Counted from the first letter of the whole stretch, positions 1 through 12,890 are shown. The stretch: DNA of 63,923 nucleotides, filler included, from Octopus bimaculoides (GCF_001194135.2; 9 parts of 8 records of this genome joined end to end with filler, not necessarily neighbours in it); one strand, 5' to 3'. Translations and numbers: made by a program. Notes: generated from the letters alone by a model not told the origin.

Positions 1-54
<54 letters not shown>
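1..54. repeat. (TG)n microsatellite
   Basis: Direct reading; it forms the internal microsatellite upstream of a SINE-B 3' half. Confidence 0.95.
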
Positions 55-56
<2 letters not shown>

Positions 57-260
57 TGTGTCTGTGTTTGTCACTCACCAGCGGTGATGGTATGTCTACG
101 TCCCCGTAACTTAGCGATTCGGCAAAAGAGACCGATGGAATAAGGACCAGGCTTTAAAAAAAAAAAGTAACGGTGTTGATTCATTCGACTAAAAATTCTT
201 CAAGGCGGTGCTCCAGCATGGCCACAGTCTAATGATTGAAACAAACAAAATACAAACGAC
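55..260 (+). mobile_element. SINE family B (my label), 3' half
   Basis: ACGTCCCCGTAACTTAGCGATTCGGCAAAAGAGACCGAT...AAGGCGGTGCTCCAGCATGGCCACAGTC..TGAAAC matches the 3' half of the full copy at 18491-18894. Confidence 0.9.
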
Positions 261-413
261 GAAAGATATAATATATATACGGATATAGTATACGTACCAT
301 TTATGTAATATATACATACGCTAATTAACATGCAAACTATACGATACGCTATATAAGCGTATACAGTGTACAATATACGCTGTATGCTTATACATGTATA
401 TTATACATGTGTA

Positions 414-444
<31 letters not shown>

Positions 445-450
445 AGTGTG

Positions 451-496
<46 letters not shown>

Positions 497-1288
497 NNNN
501 NNNNNNNNNNNNNNNNNNNNNNNNNNNNNNNNNNNNNNNNNNNNNNNNNNNNNNNNNNNNNNNNNNNNNNNNNNNNNNNNNNNNNNNNNNNNNNNNNNNN
601 NNNNNNNNNNNNNNNNNNNNNNNNNNNNNNNNNNNNNNNNNNNNNNNNNNNNNNNNNNNNNNNNNNNNNNNNNNNNNNNNNNNNNNNNNNNNNNNNNNNN
701 NNNNNNNNNNNNNNNNNNNNNNNNNNNNNNNNNNNNNNNNNNNNNNNNNNNNNNNNNNNNNNNNNNNNNNNNNNNNNNNNNNNNNNNNNNNNNNNNNNNN
801 NNNNNNNNNNNNNNNNNNNNNNNNNNNNNNNNNNNNNNNNNNNNNNNNNNNNNNNNNNNNNNNNNNNNNNNNNNNNNNNNNNNNNNNNNNNNNNNNNNNN
901 NNNNNNNNNNNNNNNNNNNNNNNNNNNNNNNNNNNNNNNNNNNNNNNNNNNNNNNNNNNNNNNNNNNNNNNNNNNNNNNNNNNNNNNNNNNNNNNNNNNN
1001 NNNNNNNNNNNNNNNNNNNNNNNNNNNNNNNNNNNNNNNNNNNNNNNNNNNNNNNNNNNNNNNNNNNNNNNNNNNNNNNNNNNNNNNNNNNNNNNNNNNN
1101 NNNNNNNNNNNNNNNNNNNNNNNNNNNNNNNNNNNNNNNNNNNNNNNNNNNNNNNNNNNNNNNNNNNNNNNNNNNNNNNNNNNNNNNNNNNNNNNNNNNN
1201 NNNNNNNNNNNNNNNNNNNNNNNNNNNNNNNNNNNNNNNNNNNNNNNNNNNNNNNNNNNNNNNNNNNNNNNNNNNNNNNNNNNNNNNN

Positions 1289-1336
<48 letters not shown>

Positions 1337-2990
1337 TTATATATATATACATATATATATATACATATATATATACATACATACTTGTGTTTGAGTATTG
1401 CCATCGCCTGATCGAAAGTCCCACATATACGAAGGCTACGACCAGCCATTTTTGTGCGAGGCCTTAGATTTTTTACCAAGTAATGCTTGTGCATGATGAT
1501 TTTTTTTATAGTAAGGAAGGATTTGCACAAATCCAATCTCACTCTCCGAACATGAACAACATAAACTCGAAAAGAAGGACTAGTCTACATTCTCAAATAT
1601 TGTCAATGTCGCAGGTTTTCCTCTCCTAGAGATATGTTGTGACAACAACAGAAGGGCCTCCCACTCCCAGGAGGCCAACCGCGCGCCTAGATACCAACCC
1701 AGGTATTTCCACGTCGACTGTTCATGAGCTCTTTGGCCCTTTGATAGGTTTTATTTTTCGTCCTGTAAAGTGTCCAACAATCACCTTCCTCAGCAAGCAA
1801 ACTGGATGGGGTTGCCAGTTTAGTCGCCGACGACCCGACCATGCAACAGGTTATATTGGGTTACATGTTACCAGTAGCGCCCAAGAATGACCTGACATAT
1901 AGAATGAACTAAGGTGAGCAAGAATACACACGAGGGTGGAAAGTGTCGCTGAAAAGATCACAGATGTGTGACGGAAGATTTCTGGACAATGGACATAATT
2001 TAGAATAAGATCGATCATGAACGAGTGAAGAACGAATATATAGTGCGTGTGTTTATTTGACCAAAAACAAAATGACCATCCCGAAATACAACAATATCAA
2101 CACACGACATCACATTAGGAATCTTGCAACACAAATTCATAAACGTATGTATATATGTATATATATATATATATNNNNNNNNNNNNNNNNNNNNNNNNNN
2201 NNNNNNNNNNNNNNNNNNNNNNNNNNNNNNNNNNNNNNNNNNNNNNNNNNNNNNNNNNNNNNNNNNNNNNNNNNNNNNNNNNNNNNNNNNNNNNNNNNNN
2301 NNNNNNNNNNNNNNNNNNNNNNNNNNNNNNNNNNNNNNNNNNNNNNNNNNNNNNNNNNNNNNNNNNNNNNNNNNNNNNNNNNNNNNNNNNNNNNNNNNNN
2401 NNNNNNNNNNNNNNNNNNNNNNNNNNNNNNNNNNNNNNNNNNNNNNNNNNNNNNNNNNNNNNNNNNNNNNNNNNNNNNNNNNNNNNNNNNNNNNNNNNNN
2501 NNNNNNNNNNNNNNNNNNNNNNNNNNNNNNNNNNNNNNNNNNNNNNNNNNNNNNNNNNNNNNNNNNNNNNNNNNNNNNNNNNNNNNNNNNNNNNNNNNNN
2601 NNNNNNNNNNNNNNNNNNNNNNNNNNNNNNNNNNNNNNNNNNNNNNNNNNNNNNNNNNNNNNNNNNNNNNNNNNNNNNNNNNNNNNNNNNNNNNNNNNNN
2701 NNNNNNNNNNNNNNNNNNNNNNNNNNNNNNNNNNNNNNNNNNNNNNNNNNNNNNNNNNNNNNNNNNNNNNNNNNNNNNNNNNNNNNNNNNNNNNNNNNNN
2801 NNNNNNNNNNNNNNNNNNNNNNNNNNNNNNNNNNNNNNNNNNNNNNNNNNNNNNNNNNNNNNNNNNNNNNNNNNNNNNNNNNNNNNNNNNNNNNNNNNNN
2901 NNNNNNNNNNNNNNNNNNNNNNNNNNNNNNNNNNNNNNNNNNNNNNNNNNNNNNNNNNNNNNNNNNNNNNNNNNNNNNNNNNNNNNNNNN

Positions 2991-3044
<54 letters not shown>

Positions 3045-3717
3045 GAGAGAGAGAAAGCGGGAGAGGGAGAGAGAAAGAGAGAGAATGAGAGAATCGTCAG
3101 TAGTTGGTATATACGAAAAATAAGCACGTTCTAAAGTCTTAGAACAGTAATGTATCTTTTAGGAAGTTAAAAGTTATAGCCGGTCATAGAGTGGCCATTG
3201 GTTTCGCATCTAGTATAAAGCACTTAGCAGTATAGGCGACATTTGAGTCAACACTCTACTAGCTTTGAACCTTGTCCTACTTAGCCAGAGCTTTGTTTTC
3301 ATTTCTGATTCGTCATAACATAATCTCCTACGGACCTAGTTTTAGCTTTGGTGTTTAGTTTTTAACTATTAATGTTGTTTCTTTAGTTTTCAAACAACTG
3401 TCTATTATTTGATTTATTTCATATTTGTTGACTTCCTTAAAGATATTTGGACACGTTTCCTTTTAGTTTTTTTTTTCTTTAGATAGTGTTGTATTCATGC
3501 AGTAGGTATTTCATTATCATTTCCTTATGCCAGAAGGCCTTAATCTTCTATTTACTGATTGTCAAAAATAGTCTTACTACAGTCGGATTTGGAGATGGCG
3601 CATTTGAAACGCACTCTCTTGTTCTTGTTTTCCTCGCAGATTTTATTAATCAACTAAGTATTCAATTGAGAATATACTACACCTTATTATTGGAACAGCG
3701 ACAGCATCAATGTCTAT

Positions 3718-3719
3718 TC

Positions 3720-3777
<58 letters not shown>

Positions 3778-3807
3778 GTTATTATTATTATTATAATTAT
3801 TATTATT
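3718..3807. repeat. (TAT/ATA)n microsatellite, tail or target of the adjacent R4/Dong-like element
   Basis: Direct reading. Confidence 0.95.
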
Positions 3808-4135
3808 TATTGTCTTTGCACAGTTTCTAATGCTGGAGATGTACTATGATGTCAGCTGTTCACTACCAGTGAACTAAGGTAACACCTCTTATTTTTCGAG
3901 CACCTTCCAGAGTATTCGAGCGGTTCCAAGCAGTGCTGTTTTCTGCGAGTGCTCGACCCTTATTGCAGCCCCTATTTGTTCCATGTACTTCTCAAGATTT
4001 TTACTCACTGTTCCCAGGGCTCCGACAACCATTGGTACTACTACCACCTTTTTCAACGACCACAGCTGCTTAACCTCCCAAGCTAACCTGTCATATCTAT
4101 CGACTTTTCTTTCTTCCTTATCGCACACCTAGTTA
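3808..4135 (-). mobile_element. 5'-truncated R4/Dong-like non-LTR retrotransposon 3' end (REL endonuclease C-terminus + 3' UTR)
   Basis: ORF 3889-4128 ...VVPMVVGALGTVSKNLEKY...QKTALLGTARILWKVLEK* is the characteristic R4-clade C-terminus; a short 3' UTR is followed by (AAT)n on the minus strand. Confidence 0.85.
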
Positions 4136-4167
4136 GCTGAGCATGCTATATCTATGATCCAGCATTG

Positions 4168-4169
4168 TT

Positions 4170-4221
<52 letters not shown>

Positions 4222-4242
4222 ACGTCGTCGTCGTCGTTGTTG

Positions 4243-4313
<71 letters not shown>
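4168..4313. repeat. Compound trinucleotide array (CAT)n-(CGT)n-(TGT)n-(TAT)n
   Basis: Direct reading. Confidence 0.95.
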
Positions 4314-4314
<1 letters not shown>

Positions 4315-4914
4315 CTTCGTAACACAGTGTAGGTAAAAATACACCGGAGTCATTAGTCATCTGTCAAGTCACAACAAGGATCTCAGACAGATAATACTTT
4401 TCTTAAGATGTGCGCTGTGCCCAATAGGGCTGCTTTTTGCAAGACATCAATCTTGCATGGGATTTCCAGTTGCCTTAAGAAGTCTTGAAGTTTCAATGGG
4501 ATTGAGCCCAACGCTCCGATCACCACTGGTGTCACTTTAACATTACCCTCTCGCAATCCATTGTCTTGCCATTTCCACTTTCAATTCGGAGAACTTGGTG
4601 ATTTTTGTTCAACCTCTTTCCTCACAACATTCATGTCATTTGGTATGGCTATATCAATGATCTGAGAGTATTTGTCTTTTTTATTCAATATGACAATATC
4701 CGGCCGACGGTATTCGATTACACGATCCGTCTGAAAATCATCGTCCCAGAGTATGGTTACTTTTCCATCCTACTGCATAACTTTACTTGGTACATGCTCA
4801 TACCAGTTCTCTGTTACTTCATATTGGTATTTACGACATAAGAGCCAATGAAGATACACACACACTTTATCAAAGTTTTGGCATTCAGGTTGGATTTCAA
4901 CACCATCTTCACCC
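4314..4914 (-). mobile_element. Second 5'-truncated R4/Dong-like element (REL domain, one stop, one frameshift)
   Basis: Minus translation DKVCVYLHWLLCRKY..WYEH..*..ILWD..FQTD..RRPDIVI..IIDIAIP../..VTPVVIGALGSIP..LQKAALLGTAHILRKVLSV* (stop 4383-4385); PD..D REL motif; (TAA)n on both flanks. Confidence 0.9.
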
Positions 4915-4984
<70 letters not shown>

Positions 4985-4997
4985 GTTATTATCATCA

Positions 4998-5064
<67 letters not shown>

Positions 5065-5666
5065 NNNNNNNNNNNNNNNNNNNNNNNNNNNNNNNNNNNN
5101 NNNNNNNNNNNNNNNNNNNNNNNNNNNNNNNNNNNNNNNNNNNNNNNNNNNNNNNNNNNNNNNNNNNNNNNNNNNNNNNNNNNNNNNNNNNNNNNNNNNN
5201 NNNNNNNNNNNNNNNNNNNNNNNNNNNNNNNNNNNNNNNNNNNNNNNNNNNNNNNNNNNNNNNNNNNNNNNNNNNNNNNNNNNNNNNNNNNNNNNNNNNN
5301 NNNNNNNNNNNNNNNNNNNNNNNNNNNNNNNNNNNNNNNNNNNNNNNNNNNNNNNNNNNNNNNNNNNNNNNNNNNNNNNNNNNNNNNNNNNNNNNNNNNN
5401 NNNNNNNNNNNNNNNNNNNNNNNNNNNNNNNNNNNNNNNNNNNNNNNNNNNNNNNNNNNNNNNNNNNNNNNNNNNNNNNNNNNNNNNNNNNNNNNNNNNN
5501 NNNNNNNNNNNNNNNNNNNNNNNNNNNNNNNNNNNNNNNNNNNNNNNNNNNNNNNNNNNNNNNNNNNNNNNNNNNNNNNNNNNNNNNNNNNNNNNNNNNN
5601 NNNNNNNNNNNNNNNNNNNNNNNNNNNNNNNNNNNNNNNNNNNNNNNNNNNNNNNNTCTTCTTCTT

Positions 5667-5725
<59 letters not shown>

Positions 5726-5730
5726 CATCA

Positions 5731-5785
<55 letters not shown>

Positions 5786-5786
5786 C
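4915..5786. repeat. (TAT)n/(CTT)n/(CAT)n arrays flanking an N gap
   Basis: Direct reading; gap 5065-5656. Confidence 0.9.
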
Positions 5787-5789
5787 GCT

Positions 5790-6285
5790 TTTGGTGGATG
5801 TATGTTGTATCGGTTCCCAAAAGTTTGTTAAATTTGTTTATTATTGTGAATTTTTAAAGACTTTGTATGTGGTTCCCTTTGTGAATGAGGCTCCTTGTGT
5901 GGAAAGAGGAAATTGCCGAAGTATGACCTAAAGGGCACAATTGTTGCATAATTTATTCACCCTCGTATGTTTTATTCTCTGTTAGAATTAGGGAGTCAGT
6001 ATCACCTTTTGTCAGATTCAACGACGAGGTGACAGGAACAAGGATTCATACTACTACCAATTTTATTTGAGAACGTTGAACCCATTCCGTTTGTTTTAAT
6101 ACGACACCCGTTGTAAGAAACAGCGCGTGCACGAGAATAACAACAACAACAAGAACAACGACAGCAAATGTAGCGACTACAAGGGCAATAGTAAAGACAA
6201 GGTTTTAACAACGAAAACATCAACGCAAGCAACAAGAGCACCACTGACAACAACAACAACGACAGCAGTACCAGTAACAACTACA

Positions 6286-6316
<31 letters not shown>

Positions 6317-7440
6317 TGACAGCAGCGATGTCAACAACAGCAACACGAATGACAACTGCGACGGCGATAACATCATCAGCAGCAACAACAATAACGACGA
6401 CGAAGTGGCGGACGATTTCACGGCCGGCAATCTTTTGCTTGGACAGCAGCAAAGTCAAGAAGATACTTGACGCTGTCCCTAAACGACAAGAAGGTATGCC
6501 TAACACAGAAGGCACAACTTGTGAAAGTGAACTGGAGGAAAGCTCAAGCTTCAATCCCAGCCAAGACTTTTGGCAGCGGCTGCCCGAAAAATGGTACTGG
6601 ATCGTTGTGTAGCAGGAATAAAAAAAAACACTGACGTCTAGAAGTAGCAACACATCCCCAGCTAAAAAGAGCTCTCAAAGATATATGGGAAGATATAGAA
6701 TATATGACCAAGAAAGCTATGTCCAGAGCGTTGTGGTCCTCTTCAAAAGCGGAGCCTTTGTGGTGCGGTACTCAATAGTTCTCATAGACGACAAAGACCT
6801 AGTTTTCTATCTTACATCTTTAGGAAAACCTGTCGCAATAAAACAAAGCAAGAGTTGGACTTCAGGTGGATTTTGGCCTGTGTTGTCTTGGAGAGCAGTG
6901 ACATCTTCGTCGACATAAAATGAACCGAAATGAAGATTTGGTTTCGTTCCATATTGGAGATCGTCCTCCAGATTAAACCAGAAAATGTGGAAAAGATTCC
7001 AGACAGTATCCATCTGCCCAGTAGAGTGGAGCTACAGTTGAGTGCAGAAAGCCAAGATGCCACTTGCGTGGTGCTGAAAACTACTTAGAATATTTCTGTC
7101 CTGAACAGCCCCAGCAACAACCAGTGTACAGCAGTAACAGCAGCAACAAAAAGAGAACTAGAATAATAGTGGCAGCACCAACACGAATGATTGTACAATA
7201 GCAGCAACATCAACATAGACAACAGCATCCATAGCAACACCAGTAGTGACTGCAAGACTAGCAACAACAACAACAGCACTAATTAAAACAAAGCTAAAAC
7301 CCACGAACTTCATCTCTCTTACTCTCCCTCTTTCTTCGTCTTTCAAACTCACACTTGGACGCACGAAAACATTTCCATCCTCATCCGCATCGGATTATTC
7401 CACCGTGAAAGCCTTATCTTGCGAGGAGGAGGGGTAACCA
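5790..7440 (+). mobile_element. Possible decayed LINE 5' region / ORF1-like remnant with Thr/Ala low-complexity inserts
   Basis: Co-oriented broken ORFs 6127-6612, 6685-6918, LDFRWILACVV...IPDSIHLPSRVELQL (about 6855-7085) and 7246-7437. The resemblance to gag-like ORF1 is from recollection only. Confidence 0.3.
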
Positions 7441-8648
7441 AGAAAATAAAGAAAAAACAAAAGATAATAAAATTTTTTTAAAAACTATACTCTCTCTAAC
7501 GAACAACACAATCACGAGATCATTAACAACAGCCACATGAAACACGGACAAATCAACAACAAATCTCCATCACCACCCACCTCAACAAAAAGAAAACATA
7601 CAGAAGCACCAGCTGACAGACACACAAAGACAGCATCAACAAAATACACCACTATAAATCCATATCGAAATCGAGGGTGTCCTTTATCGTCTAATTTGAC
7701 GGCCTGTCGTAGCTCTGGGATAGGGATGCGGAATTCTGCAAAACGCCTTAACAGCTGATAAAATACGGCATGCGTTGGTTGGTTGTACGAGAAGGAAGTC
7801 GGCGGTGTTGGATGGTCTGTCCCACGGGTATTTCCTTCATATACAAAACTTGTTCGAAAATTTTTTTAGCAAATGTTTTCTGCAATTAGCGCAGAACAGA
7901 AGAATTCTCGTTCCCGTGATCCGTTGTTTAGTGGTGTTACTAAGAAAGGATCCGCACAACTGTTTCCTCCAATGAAGTGTTTGAGAGATTAAATTAAACA
8001 TTTCTCAGGCTAAGTTTATCTTCCTTATTTCTGTTCACAAGATTTGCTCTAAAACCTCATTTTCCGGAGTGTCTTGTTGTACTAAAGTGAGGAAGAGCTA
8101 AATATGGCCTCATCCGTTGATAGGGAGAAGGTATGTTGGCTCATATTGAAAATTAGTTTCAGTAGAATGCTAGTCGGCTGATTAAGGTATTAACTAATGT
8201 AGAACAATGTCTGTTTTGGCTTCTGTTAAGGAGTGAATCTGTCTCTAAGGGCAATAACGTCTGAAAAAAATTCTATTGTAAGTTTTCTACCCAAAGCCCA
8301 TGTGACTGAAGAACCCGAATAAATCTTTCCTAAGCGTATTTAAATTGTGGTCATTCATTTCCCGGAAAACTGTTGCTTAGTGCCTTAAGTTCGGAAATTC
8401 TGGGTGCAGAAAATCCATAATATAGGTTCAGCTGCATCGATTGATATTATGAGGACATCGAACAACCTGAAATCGTTTTCCAGGTCAAATTATCAAAAAT
8501 AGTTGAAAATATTATTGCACTAATAGCCACGAAGGTTTTAACAAATGTTAAAGCTTTTAAAAGAAAAGGTTTTGTTATAGTAGGATAAAAATCGATATCG
8601 AACTAGGTGAACCCTAAATCTGTTTGCCCTTGATATTACTATGTCATT

Positions 8649-8825
8649 TGAAGGCGGCGAGCAGGTAGAATGGTCAGCACACCGAGCCAAATGCTTAGCG
8701 GCATTTCGTCCGTTCGTACCTTCTGAGTTCCACCGGGGTTAACTTTACCTTTCATTCTTTCGGGATCGGTAAAATGAGTACCTGTACCCCCAAAATTACT
8801 GGCCTTTTGTCAAAATTTGAAACCA
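8649..8825 (+). mobile_element. SINE family C (my label), internally deleted, with 16-bp TSD
   Basis: GGCGGCGAG...TTCTGAGTTC...TTTCATTCTTTCGGGATCGGTAAAATGAGTACC; TSD ATATTACTATG(T/C)CATT at 8633-8648 and 8826-8841. Confidence 0.9.
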
Positions 8826-9235
8826 ATATTACTATGCCATTCGATTACCAACGTGTTGTTGTTTGATTAGAGGGAAAACAACAATTCTTGTCACAGTTTA
8901 AGGCAGATTAATAAGTGTTCATTTAGGAGATCTGCAAAAATTAATTTTTAATGATTTTTAAGGATGATAAAATGTGTGTTCCGGGAAAAATATTAAACTC
9001 CACCAATTACTTTAAGATCGGCAGTTATGCTTTCAGCCTCTAAATTTATGGAATCGGATATACTGGATTCTAAATTCTGGTAGATGTATGTTGTAAAATG
9101 CTTGTCAACAACACAGACGTTTTCGGTCCTATCCAATGAAAAATACATTTTCTTAGAAGTCCTTAAAGATATAATTTATTCTTTATGAAGGCTTCGTTAT
9201 ATTTTTTACTTGGTACTTGTTATATATATATATAT

Positions 9236-9256
9236 ATATATATAAATGAGAATGTG

Positions 9257-9287
<31 letters not shown>

Positions 9288-9560
9288 GTGAATCCCTAAA
9301 ACTCGAGAACTACGCAACCAATTTCATTCAAATTTTACACATGCCTTACTTAGGGTTCCAGTTGTGTTTTAGTCAAAAAAATTTTTTAACTTCTTGCAGA
9401 GTTCGAGCCCACGGCAACATAATATCTCCTCCACTATTTAAGTATTACGTGTCAAAAGTGAAACAAAAACACTCATGTCAAATACTTTCACTCTAAAAAT
9501 GAAACTATTCTACTAACTGAAACAATCACATTTCGATACTGTAATGACAGATACTTTCAG
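9236..9560 (+). mobile_element. Probable non-autonomous Helitron-like 5' end
   Basis: TATATATAAATGAGAATGTGTG(TCTG)n...AACTACGCAACCAATTTCATTCAAATTTT resembles the layout of invertebrate non-autonomous Helitron 5' ends. No 3' hairpin/CTRR found (gap follows). Confidence 0.45.
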
Positions 9561-9658
9561 AGAGAGAGAGAAAGAGAGAAAGAGAGAAAGAGAGAGAGAG
9601 AGAGATGTATATGTNNNNNNNNNNNNNNNNNNNNNNNNNNNNNNNNNNNNNNNNNNNN

Positions 9659-9670
9659 TTAATTAATTAA
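9659..9670. other. Assembly linker TTAATTAATTAA (also 16141, 29438, 42885, 52295, 60196, 61601, 62849)
   Basis: Identical 12-mer centred in 44N+12+44N = 100-bp blocks, eight times; stops in all six frames. Confidence 0.95.
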
Positions 9671-9714
9671 NNNNNNNNNNNNNNNNNNNNNNNNNNNNNN
9701 NNNNNNNNNNNNNN

Positions 9715-9748
<34 letters not shown>

Positions 9749-9789
9749 AGAGGGATGACCACTATATATATATATCCCGGAAACCTTTT

Positions 9790-11200
9790 GAATATGCACA
9801 GAAAAGCCCCTATTCTATTATGCCAGCTACAGCCTAATGATGCCAACTCTAGAATACTATATACACAAACTAAATAATACAAACTCAATAGGATAAAACT
9901 AGGGAGGGGAGCATACGGGAAAACCGAAGCTTATAACATAATAAATGACGATCGAATAGAGTTGCAAATAGGAATAATAAAAGCTCATCAGTAACAAAAA
10001 CGGGTCCAAACAACACCACACAAGTGGCAGTCCAATCCATACATAAGGAAAATGAGCACAGGATTACAAGAGGAATAACAAATGTGACCACCAGTAATAA
10101 CTTACAGAATCGGATGATAATATGACATGTAACTACAGACGAAAAGAGGAATGAAGATTTAACAGCAACTGCATGATAAAGAATGTGGTTTATAAATGTG
10201 AGGTGAAGGTAGGTACACAGAAATACGTGTACATTGGTAGTACCGGTGTCACCATGAAAAATCGTCTGTGCAACCATCATATGTCATTTTCCAAAGTAAA
10301 CCAAAAGTATTCCACATCACTTTCTTACCTCATCTTGGGGCTCAAACTGACTGGAGTGGAGCGTACGACCCACTGGTCTATTATAAAAAATGCTGCACCA
10401 TACAACAGAACATCGTGGGTGTGCAACTTATATGCAGAGGAAACACTGCAGATCATCACATCCAGAGAAAACATAATACACACTCCGAAATTATTATATC
10501 ATGTAAGCATAAAAGTAAGGCATCATACCTAAAATTCGAAAAAAACATTTTGAAACAGAAAAACACTAACCCCCTTTAGCATATAATAGAACAAGGGAAG
10601 AACATAAACAACTAAACAAAATAACCGCTATTTTCATATCCTATTCCTATATGCTACACCATTATAACACCAAAAGTAATTAAAGGGATATTTTAAGACA
10701 TCATTTGTTAAATCAGACAATGAACTCAAACACTTGGACGGTTGCACCTGCGTCGCTACGGTCAAACCATAGTGACCATCCTGTCATCTGTATACTCAAA
10801 TATCAAAATAAGTTCAACATCACCACACACACCTCCACCTCCTTATAACTACCATTTCTTACTCTCTTTCCATCACTTTTTACTCCTCCCCATTAAATAC
10901 ACACAGATATGCAAACATAGCCCAGTCAAACTTTTCGTTAGTCAAAATTGATAAACAAACTTTGGTTAAACATCCGTTAATGCCATATCACCCGAAAAAA
11001 TGAATGCATGAACATGATCTACCCGATTTCCATATATGCTACGGACTGTACTATACTACGGACTGTACTATACTACGGACTGTACTATACTACGGACTGT
11101 ACTAGTCATCCTGGGAATATGGACTATGAACTTAAGAAGCATGTGATTTCTGGAAACCCGCGCAGCGATGTATCAAAATATTTATAAATGCTATCCAAGG
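9790..11200 (+). mobile_element. Penelope-like element 3' part: GIY-YIG endonuclease remnant + 3' UTR/pLTR
   Basis: About 10122-10579: TCNYRRKEE*RFNSNCMIKNVVYKCEV..YVYIGSTG..KNRLCNHHMSFS..STSLS..WSIIKNAAPYN..VCNLY.EE.. then frameshift SEIIISCKHKSK. VVY/YIG motifs and Cys layout typical of PLE GIY-YIG. Confidence 0.85.
11039..11106. repeat. 17-bp minisatellite x4 (CTACGGACTGTACTATA)
   Basis: Direct reading: three perfect units plus one near-perfect unit. Confidence 0.95.
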
Positions 11201-11751
11201 ATTATTAATAGTTTTTTTTTTTTTTTGTATCGTCCATCTGGATGTTTTGCGCTCTTATCCTATTTTGTATTATATATATAAATATATATATATATATNNN
11301 NNNNNNNNNNNNNNNNNNNNNNNNNNNNNNNNNNNNNNNNNNNNNNNNNNNNNNNNNNNNNNNNNNNNNNNNNNNNNNNNNNNNNNNNNNNNNNNNNNNN
11401 NNNNNNNNNNNNNNNNNNNNNNNNNNNNNNNNNNNNNNNNNNNNNNNNNNNNNNNNNNNNNNNNNNNNNNNNNNNNNNNNNNNNNNNNNNNNNNNNNNNN
11501 NNNNNNNNNNNNNNNNNNNNNNNNNNNNNNNNNNNNNNNNNNNNNNNNNNNNNNNNNNNNNNNNNNNNNNNNNNNNNNNNNNNNNNNNNNNNNNNNNNNN
11601 NNNNNNNNNNNNNNNNNNNNNNNNNNNNNNNNNNNNNNNNNNNNNNNNNNNNNNNNNNNNNNNNNNNNNNNNNNNNNNNNNNNNNNNNNNNNNNNNNNNN
11701 NNNNNNNNNNNNNNNNNNNNNNNNNNNNNNNNNNNNNNNNNNNNNNNNNNN

Positions 11752-11803
<52 letters not shown>
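11752..11803. repeat. (AGAT)n microsatellite
   Basis: Direct reading. Confidence 0.95.
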
Positions 11804-11804
<1 letters not shown>

Positions 11805-12336
11805 TACGAAGATGTACTTGCATAGCAAGTGACCGGATCTGAGATCGTGTGCTGGAACGAAAACAATTGCAGCGTGGAAGGTGTTTATAAGCCACTTAAA
11901 ACACACAAAAACCGTTAGATTCACTTCAACATTTAAATTTAAGGAGCCACAATGGCTCCTTAGGAAAACTTAAGTTAGACATCTTATGTACACATCCCAC
12001 TGATGCAATGTTGAGCCACTCTCAACCGTAAATCCGAATGGAGTAACACCCAGATTCCACTTGGGAGTACCGCTCTATAACTACCCCTTTCTCTCATTTA
12101 CATGTAGAAATCCATACATACATGTTGAGATGCATGATACTGCAATGCATATATGTAGTTATATATAATTGTATGAGTGTACATAGATTAATACGTATGT
12201 ACGTATGAGTAGATGTATGTGTGTGTACGTGTGTGCATGTGTTGGGTGTTGTGTGAGTATATGTGTGTGTATGAGTGTGCACATGCATGCACGCATGAGT
12301 AAATGTGTAGATATATGTATGTATTGTATATGTATA

Positions 12337-12430
<94 letters not shown>

Positions 12431-12698
12431 TATATATATGTATATATACGTATATATATGTACATATACATATGTATGTATGTATGCACATATAGAAGTA
12501 AATAAGAATAATATTATTAAAAGATTTCTAAAAAGTAACGAAAAAAGAGAAAAAAGAAGAAAAAGGAAAAAAAGAAAATGTAATTTGAATTTAAACTCTT
12601 GTCCGCGAAAATAGTGACATGTATATGTATAGATGGATAAGCATATATCTGTTATACGTATATTTGTGAGTGTGTAAGTGTCTATATGATTGTGTGCT

Positions 12699-12737
<39 letters not shown>

Positions 12738-12856
12738 NNNNNNNNNNTATATATATATATATATATATAAGGTTATATTTGCATATATGCATCTACGAGG
12801 TATCCATTCACCGTTAGACGATGGTGAGAGGGACAAACGCACACAGACACACACAC

Positions 12857-12890
<34 letters not shown>

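Noticed and set aside
1390-2010. Possible RTE-LINE 5' fragment or exon
   Set aside because: No diagnostic motif or splice-consistent frame; could not be supported.
8897-9167. TTAA-bounded Kolobok/piggyBac-like MITE
   Set aside because: Only GG..CC termini; no convincing TIR.
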